Assembly (NCBI GenBank): GCA_963729895.1
Contig: CAVSQB010000015.1
Coordinates: 8,549 to 72,548, forward strand
Origin: an uncultured Fibrobacterota bacterium
Lineage (GTDB): Bacteria; Fibrobacterota; Chitinivibrionia; Chitinivibrionales; FEN-1185
DNA length: 64,000 nt
Direction: 5' to 3'
The translations under genes and the position numbers were made by a program. This document shows positions 37,453 through 48,343 of this stretch, in pieces (the stretch's first letter is position 1; each line of letters starts with the position of its first letter). The notes beneath the pieces were generated by a model, which saw only the letters and a list, made by a program, of their open reading frames with translations, was not told the DNA's origin and did not search any database.

Positions 37453-37708
37453 CGTTTAGGATTGATTGCAATCGTTCCCGAATGCTGGGAAGGCAAGAAA
37501 ACTTTTGCCGAAGCCTCCCATACGAATGTATGTTATTCTTCGGGTGATCGTCAAACCCTCCGCCCCATCCCGCAGTGCATCAACAAGCGCACTGCAATCC
37601 CAAGAGAGGTCAATTGCCATGGATCTCGGCCACGGGAAACCCTTTTTGATTCACTAATATTCGCATGCGCGATAAGTTTCTATCGTCCGGCAACCGAATC
37701 GGGGCACA

Positions 37709-39001
37709 ATGTCTTTAAAGTCAACTTTCAGGGCGTTACAATACCGGAACTACAGGCTGTTCTTTCTCGGACAAGGTACATCCTTGATAGGCACCTGGAT
37801 GCAACGCGTAGCCACAAGCTGGCTGGTATATCGTCTTACCGGGTCTGCGGTCATGCTCGGAGTGGTCGGGTTTGTGAGCCAGATCCCCACTTTCATGCTG
37901 TCTCCTATTGGCGGAGTGGCAGCCGACAGGTGGAATAAGAAAACCATTTTTCTGGTTACCCAGATTCTTGCAGCGGCGCAGGCTCTTCTCCTGGCAGTGC
38001 TTGTCATAAGAGGCGCTGTTACGGTCCAATGGATTATTGCCCTCAATATCGTTTTGGGAGTAATCAACGCATTTGACACCACGGCACGCCAGTCTTTTGT
38101 CGTTGAAATGATTGAGAGAAAGGAAGATCTCGGCAATGCCATCGCGTTGAATTCGTCTATGGTGAACGGGGCCCGGTTGGTGGGCCCTTCAATCACCGGA
38201 ATCTTGATTGCTTCCGTCGGCGAGGGAATTTGTTTTCTCATCAACAGCATAAGTTATTTGGTTGTTATCATAGCCCTTATCGTCATGAAGATCCCGGCAA
38301 AGAAAAGGGAACCCAAGAATACGCGCATGCTGCATGACTTCAGGGAAGGATTTGCATACGTCTACAGGTCGGTTTCGATGCGCTCGATCATACTCCTGCT
38401 GGCGCTGGTGAGCCTTCTGGGAATGCCCTATCAGGTATTGATGCCCGTATTTGCAAAACAGGTGCTTGGAGGCGGCCCTCACACGCTCGGATTTCTCATG
38501 GGAGCTGCGGGTTTCGGAGCTTTGTGCGGTGCGATATATCTTGCTTCAAGAAAAAGCAGCCAGAACGTATGGAAATTGATACCTGCTTCCGCTTGCCTGT
38601 TCGGGATAGGATTGATCGCATTTTCGTTTTCAAGAGTCTTATGGCTTTCCCTGCCGCTTATGTCATGCGCGGGTTGCGGGATGATGATACAAATGGCTTC
38701 AAGCAATACCTCGCTTCAGATCTTGGTGGATGACGACAAAAGAGGACGCGTGATGGCGTTCTATGCAATGGCCTTCATGGGAATGGCTCCTTTTGGCAGT
38801 TTGCTTGCAGGCAGCCTTGCCGGATTGATAGGGGCGCCGCATACCTTGACGATCGGGGGAATGCTGTGCATTCTCGGCGGATTGGCGTTCTACAGAAATA
38901 TCGTTGTGTCCGGGGACGTCGTGAGGCCGCCTGAAGCGGCTATCACTCCGGAAATAGCCACCGGAATCGAATCTTCTGAAGAAGTTACGGAGTCGCTGTA
39001 G
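37709..39001 (+). CDS. MFS transporter (MFS_3 / EntS-like 'transmembrane secretion effector' type)
   Basis: N-terminus FRALQYRNYRLFFLGQGTSLIGTWMQRVATSWLVY and 12 TM helices. Confidence 0.85.
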   Translation: MSLKSTFRALQYRNYRLFFLGQGTSLIGTWMQRVATSWLVYRLTGSAVMLGVVGFVSQIPTFMLSPIGGVAADRWNKKTIFLVTQILAAAQALLLAVLVIRGAVTVQWIIALNIVLGVINAFDTTARQSFVVEMIERKEDLGNAIALNSSMVNGARLVGPSITGILIASVGEGICFLINSISYLVVIIALIVMKIPAKKREPKNTRMLHDFREGFAYVYRSVSMRSIILLLALVSLLGMPYQVLMPVFAKQVLGGGPHTLGFLMGAAGFGALCGAIYLASRKSSQNVWKLIPASACLFGIGLIAFSFSRVLWLSLPLMSCAGCGMMIQMASSNTSLQILVDDDKRGRVMAFYAMAFMGMAPFGSLLAGSLAGLIGAPHTLTIGGMLCILGGLAFYRNIVVSGDVVRPPEAAITPEIATGIESSEEVTESL

Positions 39002-39092
39002 TGGCTTCCATGCAGGACGCCGGAAAAAATCCCGAAAGGTTTGGTTCTGGCTGTCCCAATTACCCAAACATTGACTTATCGTAACAATCCCC

Positions 39093-41696
39093 ATGCAACC
39101 GACGCTGTACGAACAACTGCTTCTGTGCGACAAACCCGACAACAACGAATTGCTGGGCCGATTTCTGGCTTATGTGCACGACCGGCACCTTACGCTCTAC
39201 CCCGCCCAGGAAACTGCGATTCTGGAATTGTATGAAGAAAGAAATGTGATCCTGAACACTCCCACCGGATCGGGAAAATCCCTTGTCGCAATGGCAGCGC
39301 ATTTCAAGGCGCTTGCCCAGGGCAAACGTTCGGTATACACCTGTCCGATAAAGGCCTTGGTCAACGAAAAATGGCTCGCACTCTGCCGGGAATTCGGGCC
39401 CGACAATGTCGGATTGTGCACCGGTGACGCATCGGTCAATCGTGACGCCCCCATCCTGTGCTGCACCGCGGAAATTCTTGCCAACATTGCTTTGCGCGAT
39501 GGAGCCGGCGCAAATGTCCAGGACGTGGTCATGGATGAGTTCCACTACTACGCGGACCGCGACCGGGGCGTGGCCTGGCAGGTGCCGCTGCTCACGCTTC
39601 CGCAGGCCAGGTTCCTCCTGATGTCGGCCACGCTGGGAGAAACGTCGTTTTTCGAAGAAGAACTCACGCGCCTCACGTCCAAGCCCACGGTGAGCGTCGT
39701 CTCGACCGACCGCCCGGTGCCGCTGGCTTACTCCTATGCCGTCACGCTGCTTTCCGCAACGGTTGAATCACTTGTAGCGGAAGGCAAGAGTCCGGTTTAC
39801 GTCGTGCATTTCACCCAGCTCGAGGCGGCCCAAAACGCCCAAAATTTCACCAGTCTCAACATTTGCACGCGTGAAGAAAAGGATGCGATTGCACAGGCTG
39901 TTTCGGGTTTCAAGTTCAACAGCCCCTATGGCCCGGACATCAAACGATGGCTCCGCCAGGGAATCGGAATCCACCATGCCGGGTTGCTGCCGAAGTACCG
40001 CGTTCTGGCCGAGCGACTGGCGCAGCAAGGGCTGCTCAAGATCATCTGCGGAACCGACACGCTCGGCGTAGGCATTAATGTTCCTATCCGCACCGTACTG
40101 CTCACACGGCTTTGCAAGTATGACGGCCGGAAGACTGCGATTCTAAGCGCACGGGACTTCCACCAGATTTGCGGCCGCGCCGGCCGCAAGGGGTTCGACG
40201 ACTGCGGCTGGGTGGTGGCCCAGGCACCCGAACACACCATAGAAAACGCGGCGCTCGAAGAAAAACGGTCGCAGGGCGGCAAGAAATTCGTCAAGCGCAA
40301 ACCGCCGGAAAGAAACTTTGTTAATTGGGATGTCGGCACATTCAACCGCCTGGTTGCGGCAAAGCCGGAACAGTTAGTGTCCCGTTTCCAGGTTTCCCAC
40401 GGCATGCTGCTCAACGTGCTGAGCCGTAAAAGCGACGGGTGCGCAGCCATGCGCGACCTTATTGTCCGCTGCCACGATTCCCCAAAGCAGAAGCAGGCAC
40501 ATGTCACCCTTGCCTGGCAGCTCTTTCGGTCGCTTGTCAACCGTTACATCGTCGAGTTCACCGGCCCGACGCCCGGCGGCGCAAAGGTCCGCGTCAACCT
40601 CGAGCTGCAAGACGATTTTTCCATGGACCAGACGCTGTCGCTGTACCTTCTGGAAACGCTGCCGCTTCTCGATGCGCAGGCGCCCGAATATCCGTTCCGG
40701 CTCCTTACCCTTATCGAGTCCATCCTTGAGGACCCTGACTCGATTTTGCGCAAGCAACTGGACAAACTCAAAACGCAGAAGATGGCGGAGATGAAAATGC
40801 AGGGCATTCCGTTTGATGAGCGCATCGAAGAGCTTGACAAAATCGAGTATCCCAAGCCCGACCGCGACTTCGTGTATTCGACGTTCAATGACTTTTCGGA
40901 CCGTCATCCGTGGGTGGGCCAGGAAAATATCCGGCCCAAATCGATTGTGCGCGAAATGTTCGAGACCTACAGCTCGTTTGCCGATTATGTCCGTTCGTAT
41001 GATCTTCACCGCATCGAAGGATTGCTTCTGCGTCACATCAACGGCGTCTACAAAGTCCTGGTGCAAACGGTCCCCGACTCGACCAAAAACGACATCATCG
41101 AGGAAATGGAGGTGTATCTCGGCACCATGATACGGCAGGTAGACTCGAGCCTTCTTGATGAATGGGAAAAGATGCACGATCCGTCGCACCTCGCCGCCGA
41201 CGGCAAAGAAGTCCGGCCTTCCGGCGCCGAGGCGGCGAAACAGGACATTACCCGGGACCCAAAAAAATTCACCTCGCTTATACGGGCCCGGGTTTTCAGC
41301 TTCATTTCCGCGCTTATCAAACGCGATTTCACGGCGGCGCTCCACGTTGCGTGTCTGCGTCAGGACACCTCCTCGTTCCCGCCGGAAGAATCTGCATCGG
41401 CAGAAGACGGCACGCCAACTTTCACCGATTCTTCCTGGAGGCCGGAACTGCTTCAGCAGTTACTGGAAACGTATCTTACAGACCATAAGGCCCTGTGCCT
41501 CGACCCCGATGCACGGAACATCCGCCACACCTATGTGACGCCGCATCCGGAAAAAGGGGTATGGCAGGTCCAGCAGATGCTTGTCGACCCGGATAAGACA
41601 AACGACTGGGTGTTGGAATTCGAAGTGGACCTTGTCAAGTCACGGGAATCAGGTGAGCCATGCCTTGGTTTGAGAAAATTTGGAACTCTCGTGTGA
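39093..41696 (+). CDS. DEAD/DEAH-box (Ski2-like) helicase with C-terminal DUF3516-type region
   Basis: Motif [12 protein letters not shown], motif II DEFHYY, motif III SATLG, motif [12 protein letters not shown]. The 400-aa helical C-terminal extension resembles DUF3516 proteins. Confidence 0.9.
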   Translation: MQPTLYEQLLLCDKPDNNELLGRFLAYVHDRHLTLYPAQETAILELYEERNVILNTPTGSGKSLVAMAAHFKALAQGKRSVYTCPIKALVNEKWLALCREFGPDNVGLCTGDASVNRDAPILCCTAEILANIALRDGAGANVQDVVMDEFHYYADRDRGVAWQVPLLTLPQARFLLMSATLGETSFFEEELTRLTSKPTVSVVSTDRPVPLAYSYAVTLLSATVESLVAEGKSPVYVVHFTQLEAAQNAQNFTSLNICTREEKDAIAQAVSGFKFNSPYGPDIKRWLRQGIGIHHAGLLPKYRVLAERLAQQGLLKIICGTDTLGVGINVPIRTVLLTRLCKYDGRKTAILSARDFHQICGRAGRKGFDDCGWVVAQAPEHTIENAALEEKRSQGGKKFVKRKPPERNFVNWDVGTFNRLVAAKPEQLVSRFQVSHGMLLNVLSRKSDGCAAMRDLIVRCHDSPKQKQAHVTLAWQLFRSLVNRYIVEFTGPTPGGAKVRVNLELQDDFSMDQTLSLYLLETLPLLDAQAPEYPFRLLTLIESILEDPDSILRKQLDKLKTQKMAEMKMQGIPFDERIEELDKIEYPKPDRDFVYSTFNDFSDRHPWVGQENIRPKSIVREMFETYSSFADYVRSYDLHRIEGLLLRHINGVYKVLVQTVPDSTKNDIIEEMEVYLGTMIRQVDSSLLDEWEKMHDPSHLAADGKEVRPSGAEAAKQDITRDPKKFTSLIRARVFSFISALIKRDFTAALHVACLRQDTSSFPPEESASAEDGTPTFTDSSWRPELLQQLLETYLTDHKALCLDPDARNIRHTYVTPHPEKGVWQVQQMLVDPDKTNDWVLEFEVDLVKSRESGEPCLGLRKFGTLV

Positions 41697-41851
41697 GGAA
41701 GAGCTTCGCGGCGGTAATTTCCAAAGGAAAACCGGTCGCCTGGTCGACACCTTTCTGCAGTACTTCTAAGGGTTCAAGAAACGCAACCCCCAATTACTTC
41801 CTTATTCAACTGGTCCTCCTGTTTTTCAGGATATATTTTTTCCCCTTCCTT

Positions 41852-41943
41852 GGAGAGGTGCCTGAGCGGTTGAAAGGGGCGGTCTCGAAAACCGTTGCGC
41901 CCTTCAGTGGGTGCCCAGGGTTCGAATCCCTGCCTCTCCGCCA
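41852..41943 (+). tRNA. tRNA-Ser(CGA): tRNA-Ser, anticodon CGA, CCA encoded
   Basis: Acceptor GGAGAGG/CCTCTCC, anticodon stem GCGGT/ACCGT with loop CTCGAAA, a long variable arm, T-loop GGTTCGAATCC, discriminator G plus CCA. Confidence 0.9.
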
Positions 41944-41953
41944 CTATGCGGAA

Positions 41954-41989
41954 GGGGTTCCTTGCCAGATAGGCAAGGAACCCCTTTTT
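41954..41989 (+). terminator. Rho-independent terminator after tRNA-Ser
   Basis: GGGGTTCCTTGCC - loop - GGCAAGGAACCCC followed by TTTTT. Confidence 0.55.
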
Positions 41990-42130
41990 GCTTGTATTTA
42001 GCCATAAATTCATAGACTTCCAAGCGAAACGACACTTCGCCTCGCTTCCCGTATTTCCTCGTCCTCCACCCTCATTTTGCGATGTTCTTGCTACAGTTTT
42101 GATACAGTAAGGTTATCTTATCTTGTAAAC

Positions 42131-42802
42131 CTAATCGCAAATCGGGAGGTCGGTATGGCATATGTCGTCAGAAGAAATAGCATCGTCGTACAATTTCCAC
42201 GCATTCGGCAGCTTGGTCGCCACGGGGTGAGCGGTGGTCTGGCCCACCCAGGCATAGGTGCCCGCAACAGAGGCATCATCGCTCCAATAATAGGTGAAAC
42301 GGGTTCCGGCCCGGCAGGCATATTCCCAGAGTGCTTCGCTCGGTAGACGGTATCCGCTCTTGGCCAAATTCATCACTAAATTCCCCAGGTTGGTACTCCC
42401 ATTTCCCGGGGCACCGGTTACCGAGGTGTAGCCATACACTGTGTCCCAGCCGTCCCGTTTGCTGCGGGCATTGCAATACAGCAAGGCGTCGTACCATGTT
42501 ACATTGTCAACAGGATTGAGAGTGCTGGATGTGTACACCGAGGGGTTTACGCCCATAAGCCCCTGATAATCTTCTTGAGTAACCTTGGTTGAATCGATGT
42601 ACCAAGCCTTAGTGAATGTTACAGAATGAACGGGAACTTCATCGCCTTCCTGATAGGGATCTTCCGGAACGGCGCCCATTATATAATTCCCCGCCGGAAT
42701 CAACTTCAGGCCGGGGAAAACCGTTGCCCCGGCAATCGGGTACGCCACAGTGCAGAGAGCGATAATGCCAACTCCGGCGGTTCCTGCAAAGATTTTTTTC
42801 AT
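42131..42802 (-). CDS. Formylglycine-generating-enzyme (SUMF1/FGE-sulfatase) domain protein, apparently C-terminally truncated
   Basis: Signal/TM region, then HSVTFTKAWYIDSTKVTQEDY, VDNVTWYDALLYCNARS and GYRLPSEALWEYACRAG. The sequence ends at ...NAWKLYD-DAISSDD without the usual GNVWEW-containing end in any frame. Confidence 0.7.
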   Translation of the reverse strand: MKKIFAGTAGVGIIALCTVAYPIAGATVFPGLKLIPAGNYIMGAVPEDPYQEGDEVPVHSVTFTKAWYIDSTKVTQEDYQGLMGVNPSVYTSSTLNPVDNVTWYDALLYCNARSKRDGWDTVYGYTSVTGAPGNGSTNLGNLVMNLAKSGYRLPSEALWEYACRAGTRFTYYWSDDASVAGTYAWVGQTTAHPVATKLPNAWKLYDDAISSDDICHTDLPICD

Positions 42803-42949
42803 ATCCTTTTGCCTTTTTGTTAAAAGTTTGTTTTCCGTCGGTCCATTTAGATAAAGGCCCGTGCCAAGAATTCCAAGCACTCCCCTTGCGTTTCCGAGCC
42901 GAATGGGAAGAATGGCGGAGAAATCCGCCGCTCTTGTTGTTGGTACAGC

Positions 42950-44305
42950 CTATTTCGCCTGCAAGAGCACCACACCGGCGGCCGGAAGAGTCGTCCCATG
43001 TGCGAACAGCCCCGCCTCACCCGGCGCCGTGACGGAGCGGCTCGCAATGAGCCTGCCGCGCACGTCGTATGCGTAAACGACTCTGCTGTCCTGCGGAAAC
43101 TGAACCCGTGCTGCGCCCAGGCCGGGCACGCACAGCATCCGTTGCATCGCGCGGCATTGGACAGGGGTGTCGCATCGACCGCGAAAGGAAGCAGCGGTTT
43201 CACCGGCGCCGGTCACCCGCTTGTACAATTCCTCTCCTGCAAGCAGCAGCGCGCCCTCGCCTTCGGAGCTCGAATAATAGTTGAACATAGCGTTACTCGG
43301 TTCTGTGCCCACAATCTGGCAGTACATCAGCATGCCGTTGGCGGCAATGTTCCTCACCAGGCCGGACCATGCTTTACGCATGGGAGGCGTGAACGTTGCG
43401 GAATCGAGGATTCCGTTGTTGATGCCCCATGCCATGGCAAAACAGAAAAACGCGGTGGAGCTTGTTTCGTGTATGGGCCACTGCACCGAATCAAGCAGGC
43501 TCGTGGTCCACAGCCCGTCTCCCTGCTGAAGCGCAGTGACCGCTGTCACCTGGTCGCGGAACTGGGTTATCATCGAGTCCCGTCCGTGGTAACCGGCAGG
43601 AGTGTACTTGAGCACGCGAGCCTGGCCGCCCAGCACCCAGGCTTCGCCGGGCCCCCAGAAAACCGGCTTCCCGTTTGCCGCAGAGTCAAGCTTGTATCCG
43701 GCGTCGCGCCAATACAGGTGAAACGCGTCGCTGTACAGCACACTCGCGTTCTCCCACCAGCATTTGTAAAGCGTATCCAGGATACGGGTCTGCCCGGTGA
43801 TTGCATTCAACATGGCGATTCCGGGCGGAACCATATACAGGAGATCACACCATCCCCAATAACCGCTTCCGGATGGCGCCATGTTTAAATAAGCTGCGGT
43901 AACTTGATTGAGCCATGGTTGGTACATGTACTTTTTCGAGGTGTCGGCGGCAAACATGTATGATTCGCAAAATGTCTGTGCGCAACACGCCTGATCCCCG
44001 CCGCTAACAGGCGTCCAGTTTGTCCACTGGCCGAAATTGACGATGCTGTCGAGGTACTGTTTGTCGTTTGTGCGGCGGTACAATGCGCAGATGCCGGTCA
44101 TGTAAGCGCCCGCGTCCCAGCTGGCGGTTGAGACGAAGTAGTCGCCGAGATTTTTTATGCCGTGCGACAACCGGTATTGCGCGACCTTGCGCATGATGCT
44201 TGTAATGCTGTCCGGGCTGAATTCGTCGGCAAAGGATGGCCCGGCAAGCACGAACACCAGGAAGATGCAAATGCCGAAGACAACGGGTCGGTACGATTTC
44301 TTCAT
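42950..44305 (-). CDS. GH88/GH105-like unsaturated glycuronyl/rhamnogalacturonyl hydrolase with T9SS C-terminal domain
   Basis: Signal peptide. (alpha/alpha)6-type motifs WGWCDLLYM, GDGLWTTSLLD and HETSSTAFFCFAMAWGINNGILD. C-terminal tail of about 75 aa ending GVVLLQAK. Confidence 0.8.
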   Translation of the reverse strand: MKKSYRPVVFGICIFLVFVLAGPSFADEFSPDSITSIMRKVAQYRLSHGIKNLGDYFVSTASWDAGAYMTGICALYRRTNDKQYLDSIVNFGQWTNWTPVSGGDQACCAQTFCESYMFAADTSKKYMYQPWLNQVTAAYLNMAPSGSGYWGWCDLLYMVPPGIAMLNAITGQTRILDTLYKCWWENASVLYSDAFHLYWRDAGYKLDSAANGKPVFWGPGEAWVLGGQARVLKYTPAGYHGRDSMITQFRDQVTAVTALQQGDGLWTTSLLDSVQWPIHETSSTAFFCFAMAWGINNGILDSATFTPPMRKAWSGLVRNIAANGMLMYCQIVGTEPSNAMFNYYSSSEGEGALLLAGEELYKRVTGAGETAASFRGRCDTPVQCRAMQRMLCVPGLGAARVQFPQDSRVVYAYDVRGRLIASRSVTAPGEAGLFAHGTTLPAAGVVLLQAK

Positions 44306-44443
44306 GGGTTCCCCTTGTTTTGTCGGATCGTCATTTGTGATCGCATTTATCAAACAACATAAGAATAAGCGATCGATGAGTCAAGATTGATGCCGCCGCC
44401 CGCAGTTGACGGAAAATACTATTCGAAGGGAGAGTGCTTTGCA

Positions 44444-45304
44444 TTACTTGTCGTCTGCAACATACCGAACCCGAAATATGCCTTTGTTAAGAGAAGCTGG
44501 CGGCGTCACGAAGGAGGGGTCTGGGCCGCCATTACACGTGATTTCCCAGACTTTCTTTCCGATAATCGAGTACAATTCCACTCGCGCAACCTTGCCCGGA
44601 ACGCGGAGGCGGGATGATGCCATGCCCGGACCCAGCCACAAAACGGAACCGGCAGCGGAGGCAAAGCATCGAGCCTTTGCAGGCATCGGCATAGCCGGCG
44701 TCGGCGGATCGTATCCCCACACCTGGACTTCGGTGAACGCGCACCATTTTGTGGTGTCGCTCGCAACGAAATCGGTAATCGTCACCGATTGCGTGGTGCG
44801 GCTTGTAAAAGGAAATTCCTGCCCGGTCCGGAGTGAATCGATGAAAATCGTGTCTCTGCTCCCGTTTGAAAAGACGAGCGTTGCCTGTTTCCAGTAGCTG
44901 TCGTGTGAAGGGATGCCGGCCCAGTCGGCGCGCACCCAGATTTTCACTTTGTCGACACTCACTTCGTGGCCGAAATCAACCTTCCACCACAACCCTGGAA
45001 CATGCAGCTGTGGCCCCCAGGATGCATAGGTCATGGAACCGTGGCTTGCGTTGTTGGTGTCACCGTTGATGGCGTCGAGCGCAAGAAAGACGGTGTCCGG
45101 CACGCAATGATTGCCGCCCGTGGTGTCCTGGGGATAAATGCACGGATATTCGCTGTTCGACGATGCATGCGGAAAGCCGTATCCCTGCGCGCGCACGTCG
45201 TTGGGATTGAGAGCGATATTGCGATAGGTCTGGCCGTTTGCCTGCGCAATAAGTCCGGGAATGATGAGCAGGTAGGCGAGAGCGAGTGTTCTTGTATGGG
45301 ACAT
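44444..45304 (-). CDS. Secreted F5/8 type C (discoidin/CBM32-like) domain protein with T9SS C-terminal domain
   Basis: Signal peptide. NIALN...DAINGDTN...WWKVDFGHEVSVDKVKIW...FTEVQVWG pattern. Tail ends ...GIFRVRYVADDK. Confidence 0.7.
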   Translation of the reverse strand: MSHTRTLALAYLLIIPGLIAQANGQTYRNIALNPNDVRAQGYGFPHASSNSEYPCIYPQDTTGGNHCVPDTVFLALDAINGDTNNASHGSMTYASWGPQLHVPGLWWKVDFGHEVSVDKVKIWVRADWAGIPSHDSYWKQATLVFSNGSRDTIFIDSLRTGQEFPFTSRTTQSVTITDFVASDTTKWCAFTEVQVWGYDPPTPAMPMPAKARCFASAAGSVLWLGPGMASSRLRVPGKVARVELYSIIGKKVWEITCNGGPDPSFVTPPASLNKGIFRVRYVADDK

Positions 45305-45623
45305 TGTTTGTCTCCCTGGAAACGGTACCCTTGAAAAATATGGCAATCTCCGCTGCAAGGAAAGTCTCTAATGACACAGAACTTATACGCACCAGCGGAA
45401 TGTATGTCGTTTTGTATTCAGGCGAATTTCACAGACCGCAATGCGCACTCGACGCAGGGGTTCTCGTAAAGAAAGTGGTTCTCAAAGTTACAATGACTGC
45501 AATCCGTTGAGAGCCGATTTTACGACAAGAAAAATGATCAGAGGTTTCTTCGGGTGACAGAGTGATGCCACGAAAGTATGCGCAGAAAACTCCGAACCGT
45601 CCTGAAAAAAAATCCTCCTGCAC

Positions 45624-46949
45624 CTATCTTGAAAAGGTCAAATAGCAAACGCCCGAGCCCGCAGATGCGGGAACCTGCACATCAGCCCCGCCCATAACGC
45701 TGCGACGCCACAACATCTTTCCGTTTGCAGCATACAACACTATTTCCCTCGCTCCAACCGGTACGGTTACTCGCCTCTGTTCCAGACCCGTTACCAACAC
45801 GCTCCCACCAATTCGCCAATCACGCAATGATGCATTGCTGGAGGAGGAAGTTGGTTTTGGGAGGGTACCTGTGGGCAAGGAAGTTATTATGGATACGCCC
45901 AACCCTGCCAGCAAGAACGCGCCGTGCCCTTCGGGAATGGACGTCCAATCATACACTGAGCCGGGCTGGTTGCTCCACGACTGGCCGTACTCAACCCTGC
46001 CCGTTGAGTCAACCACCTTTACAAGCGCAGACCAGCCTTTGCGAATAGTCGGCACAAACGTGGCGGAATCCAATATGCCCCACGACACGCCGAGCGACAT
46101 TGCGTAAATAAAGAACGATGTGCAGCTTGATTCCGGATCCGGAAATTCGGTTGGTTCAAAAAGGCTTGTACGCCAGAAACCATCGGGTTGTTGCTTGCTG
46201 CGAATCGTGTCGCAAAAAGTCTTGAATGTTACCTGCCAGGCCGGCCGGTATTTGGAATTCTGCGGCAGATATTTTAGGGCGCGAACCATGCCTCCGAGCA
46301 CCCAGGCGTTTCCAGGCCCCCAGAATTGCGGATAACCCTCGGGGGTTTTTTTGAAAGTAGGCAACGTATTCCAGTACCAAAGTTTGTAAACGGTGTCCTG
46401 AAAATCCTTTTCCGCACCGCGGAACATGACATTGAGTGAATCATAGTACATTGGATTGCCGGTGATATACCCCATCATGGCAAAATTCGGCAAGCCCATG
46501 TACACCGCATCCTGCCAGCCGAAAAGATGATTGACGGGAGACGTGAGAATGCCGTCCAGGGCGGTTTTCGATACCTGATATTTTGCGGCATTTGCCGGAA
46601 CGGAATCAACGATAAACCGTTCGCAAAAAGTTTGAATCGCGCACAAATTGTCTCCGGTTCCGCCACCCCAGGTCCAATTCCACCGGTTCCCCCAACTGTC
46701 AATGCTGTCGAGCCATTGCCGGTCGTGCGTGGCGCAATACAAACCAGTTATCCCGGTCATAATCGTTCCGCCGTCCCAATCGTGGTTTATTCCCGCCGCC
46801 GTGCCCGCTCCATAGGTGGTAAAGGCATACCTGGCAACTTTCCGCATTATGCTTGTGATGCTGTCCGGAGAAAATTCGTCGGAATAGCTAGTGGCAGGCA
46901 ACAGCATTGCCAGAGCAAACAAAAGTGTGCATGTGATCATTCTTTTCAT
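45624..46949 (-). CDS. GH88/GH105-like hydrolase paralog with T9SS C-terminal domain
   Basis: Paralog of 42950-44305. It has the same mature N-terminus (DEFSPDSITSIMRKVA), WQDAVYM, PDGFWRTSLFE and ESSCTSFFIYAMSLGVSWGILD. Tail ends GVCYLTFSR. Confidence 0.8.
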   Translation of the reverse strand: MKRMITCTLLFALAMLLPATSYSDEFSPDSITSIMRKVARYAFTTYGAGTAAGINHDWDGGTIMTGITGLYCATHDRQWLDSIDSWGNRWNWTWGGGTGDNLCAIQTFCERFIVDSVPANAAKYQVSKTALDGILTSPVNHLFGWQDAVYMGLPNFAMMGYITGNPMYYDSLNVMFRGAEKDFQDTVYKLWYWNTLPTFKKTPEGYPQFWGPGNAWVLGGMVRALKYLPQNSKYRPAWQVTFKTFCDTIRSKQQPDGFWRTSLFEPTEFPDPESSCTSFFIYAMSLGVSWGILDSATFVPTIRKGWSALVKVVDSTGRVEYGQSWSNQPGSVYDWTSIPEGHGAFLLAGLGVSIITSLPTGTLPKPTSSSSNASLRDWRIGGSVLVTGLEQRRVTVPVGAREIVLYAANGKMLWRRSVMGGADVQVPASAGSGVCYLTFSR

Positions 46950-47222
46950 GTTTTCTTCCTTTCAAATCGGATCAAGACCAGAACGATCAAATGTCATTTC
47001 GACATAACCACCTATTCCCAAGCACAGCATCCGCCAAAATCTAAGTATAAGTATAAGAAACTTGAACCATTTTTGCCTTTTGTAATGTGGAATACCACAC
47101 CATCTTTGCATGACGCCGCTGTATCCACAGAGCGGGGATTTTTTGGCGGTTATCGCTAAATAGCCTGACAAATCAATAACTTACAAGACATTCCGTGATC
47201 GATTTTTTGTTGCAAAAACTGG

Positions 47223-48080
47223 CTATACCCCAATTACTTTCTCAGTCGAAATGGGAGTTTTCTCTTTGAATTGACCTCTGTATTCTTCAGGTGTTTTCCC
47301 CTTTAGTGATCCGTGTGGCCGTATCCGGTTGTAAATGTTCTTCCAATGTTCGATTATTCTTTCTGCGTCCTCTAATGAGATGAACCAGTTTTCATTCAAG
47401 CATTGGTCCCTGAATATCGAATTGAATGATTCTACAAAAGCATTCTGGCTGGGCTTGCCGGGCTGAATGAATTCCTGCCTTACCTGGTTTCGTATTGCCC
47501 AGAGCATGAGTTCTTTGCTCCGGAATTCCGGGCCGTTATCAGTCAACAGAGCTTCCGGCTTTCCGTACCTGGCCACTAGGTGGTCTAGAACTTGGCAGAC
47601 TCCTAGTGCTGGAATAGAACGTGCTACCTTGATTGCAAGAGCCTCACGGGTGCAGTCATCGACAACATTCAGGCATTTCAGCTTGCGCTTGTCGGAAGTA
47701 CTGTCGAATATGAAATCCATTGACCAGCGACGGCTTGGCCGATCCGGCAGCGTCAACGGCATCCGTTGGCTATTGCGTTTCTGACGCCTCCTCCGCTTGC
47801 TTTTCTGAAGCGATTCTTCCTTGTAGAGCCGATGCACACGTTTGTGATTTACTATGTACCCAAGGTTGCGGAGATACCAATAAAGCGTCGGAAAGCCCCA
47901 TGAACGGAACGATGAAATGGTTTCATGCATTTTTGTTTTCAACTCGCTGTTCAAAGCCGATTCCTGCGGTCGATAGCGGTACCCTGCCGGTGTCATACCC
48001 AGAAGTCCGCATGCTTTCCGTTGACTCAGGCCTTGCCGCATTAGTGCGTCCACAGTCAGCCTACGCTGAGGACGCTTCAC
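47223..48080 (-). CDS. IS3-family transposase OrfB (integrase core)
   Basis: rve core (WSMDFIFD, TDNGPEFRS and a downstream E). GTG start overlaps the OrfA stop by 1 nt in the -1 frame. Confidence 0.85.
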   Translation of the reverse strand: MKRPQRRLTVDALMRQGLSQRKACGLLGMTPAGYRYRPQESALNSELKTKMHETISSFRSWGFPTLYWYLRNLGYIVNHKRVHRLYKEESLQKSKRRRRQKRNSQRMPLTLPDRPSRRWSMDFIFDSTSDKRKLKCLNVVDDCTREALAIKVARSIPALGVCQVLDHLVARYGKPEALLTDNGPEFRSKELMLWAIRNQVRQEFIQPGKPSQNAFVESFNSIFRDQCLNENWFISLEDAERIIEHWKNIYNRIRPHGSLKGKTPEEYRGQFKEKTPISTEKVIGV

Positions 48081-48343
48081 TATTTTCTTTGCAGCACTTC
48101 CTTCATTGCATCGATCTGAAGTGCCTGGTCTGCAACAATCCGCTTGAGCCGGCTGTTTTCGCCCTCGATCTCCTTCATCCTTTTCAGATCAGAGAGCTCA
48201 AGTCCGCTGTATTTGCTCTTCCAACGGAAGTACGTGTTCTCTGAAATACCATATTGACGACAAAGATCAGCGACTTTGGCTCCGCGGTCGCCCTCTTGCA
48301 GGATCCGAAAAATCTGCTCTTCACTGTAGCGCTTGCCTTTCAT
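48080..48343 (-). CDS. IS3-family transposase OrfA (HTH)
   Basis: MKGKRYSEEQIFRILQE...YGISENTYFRWKSKY is a typical IS3 OrfA, with a leucine zipper. Confidence 0.85.
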   Translation of the reverse strand: MKGKRYSEEQIFRILQEGDRGAKVADLCRQYGISENTYFRWKSKYSGLELSDLKRMKEIEGENSRLKRIVADQALQIDAMKEVLQRK

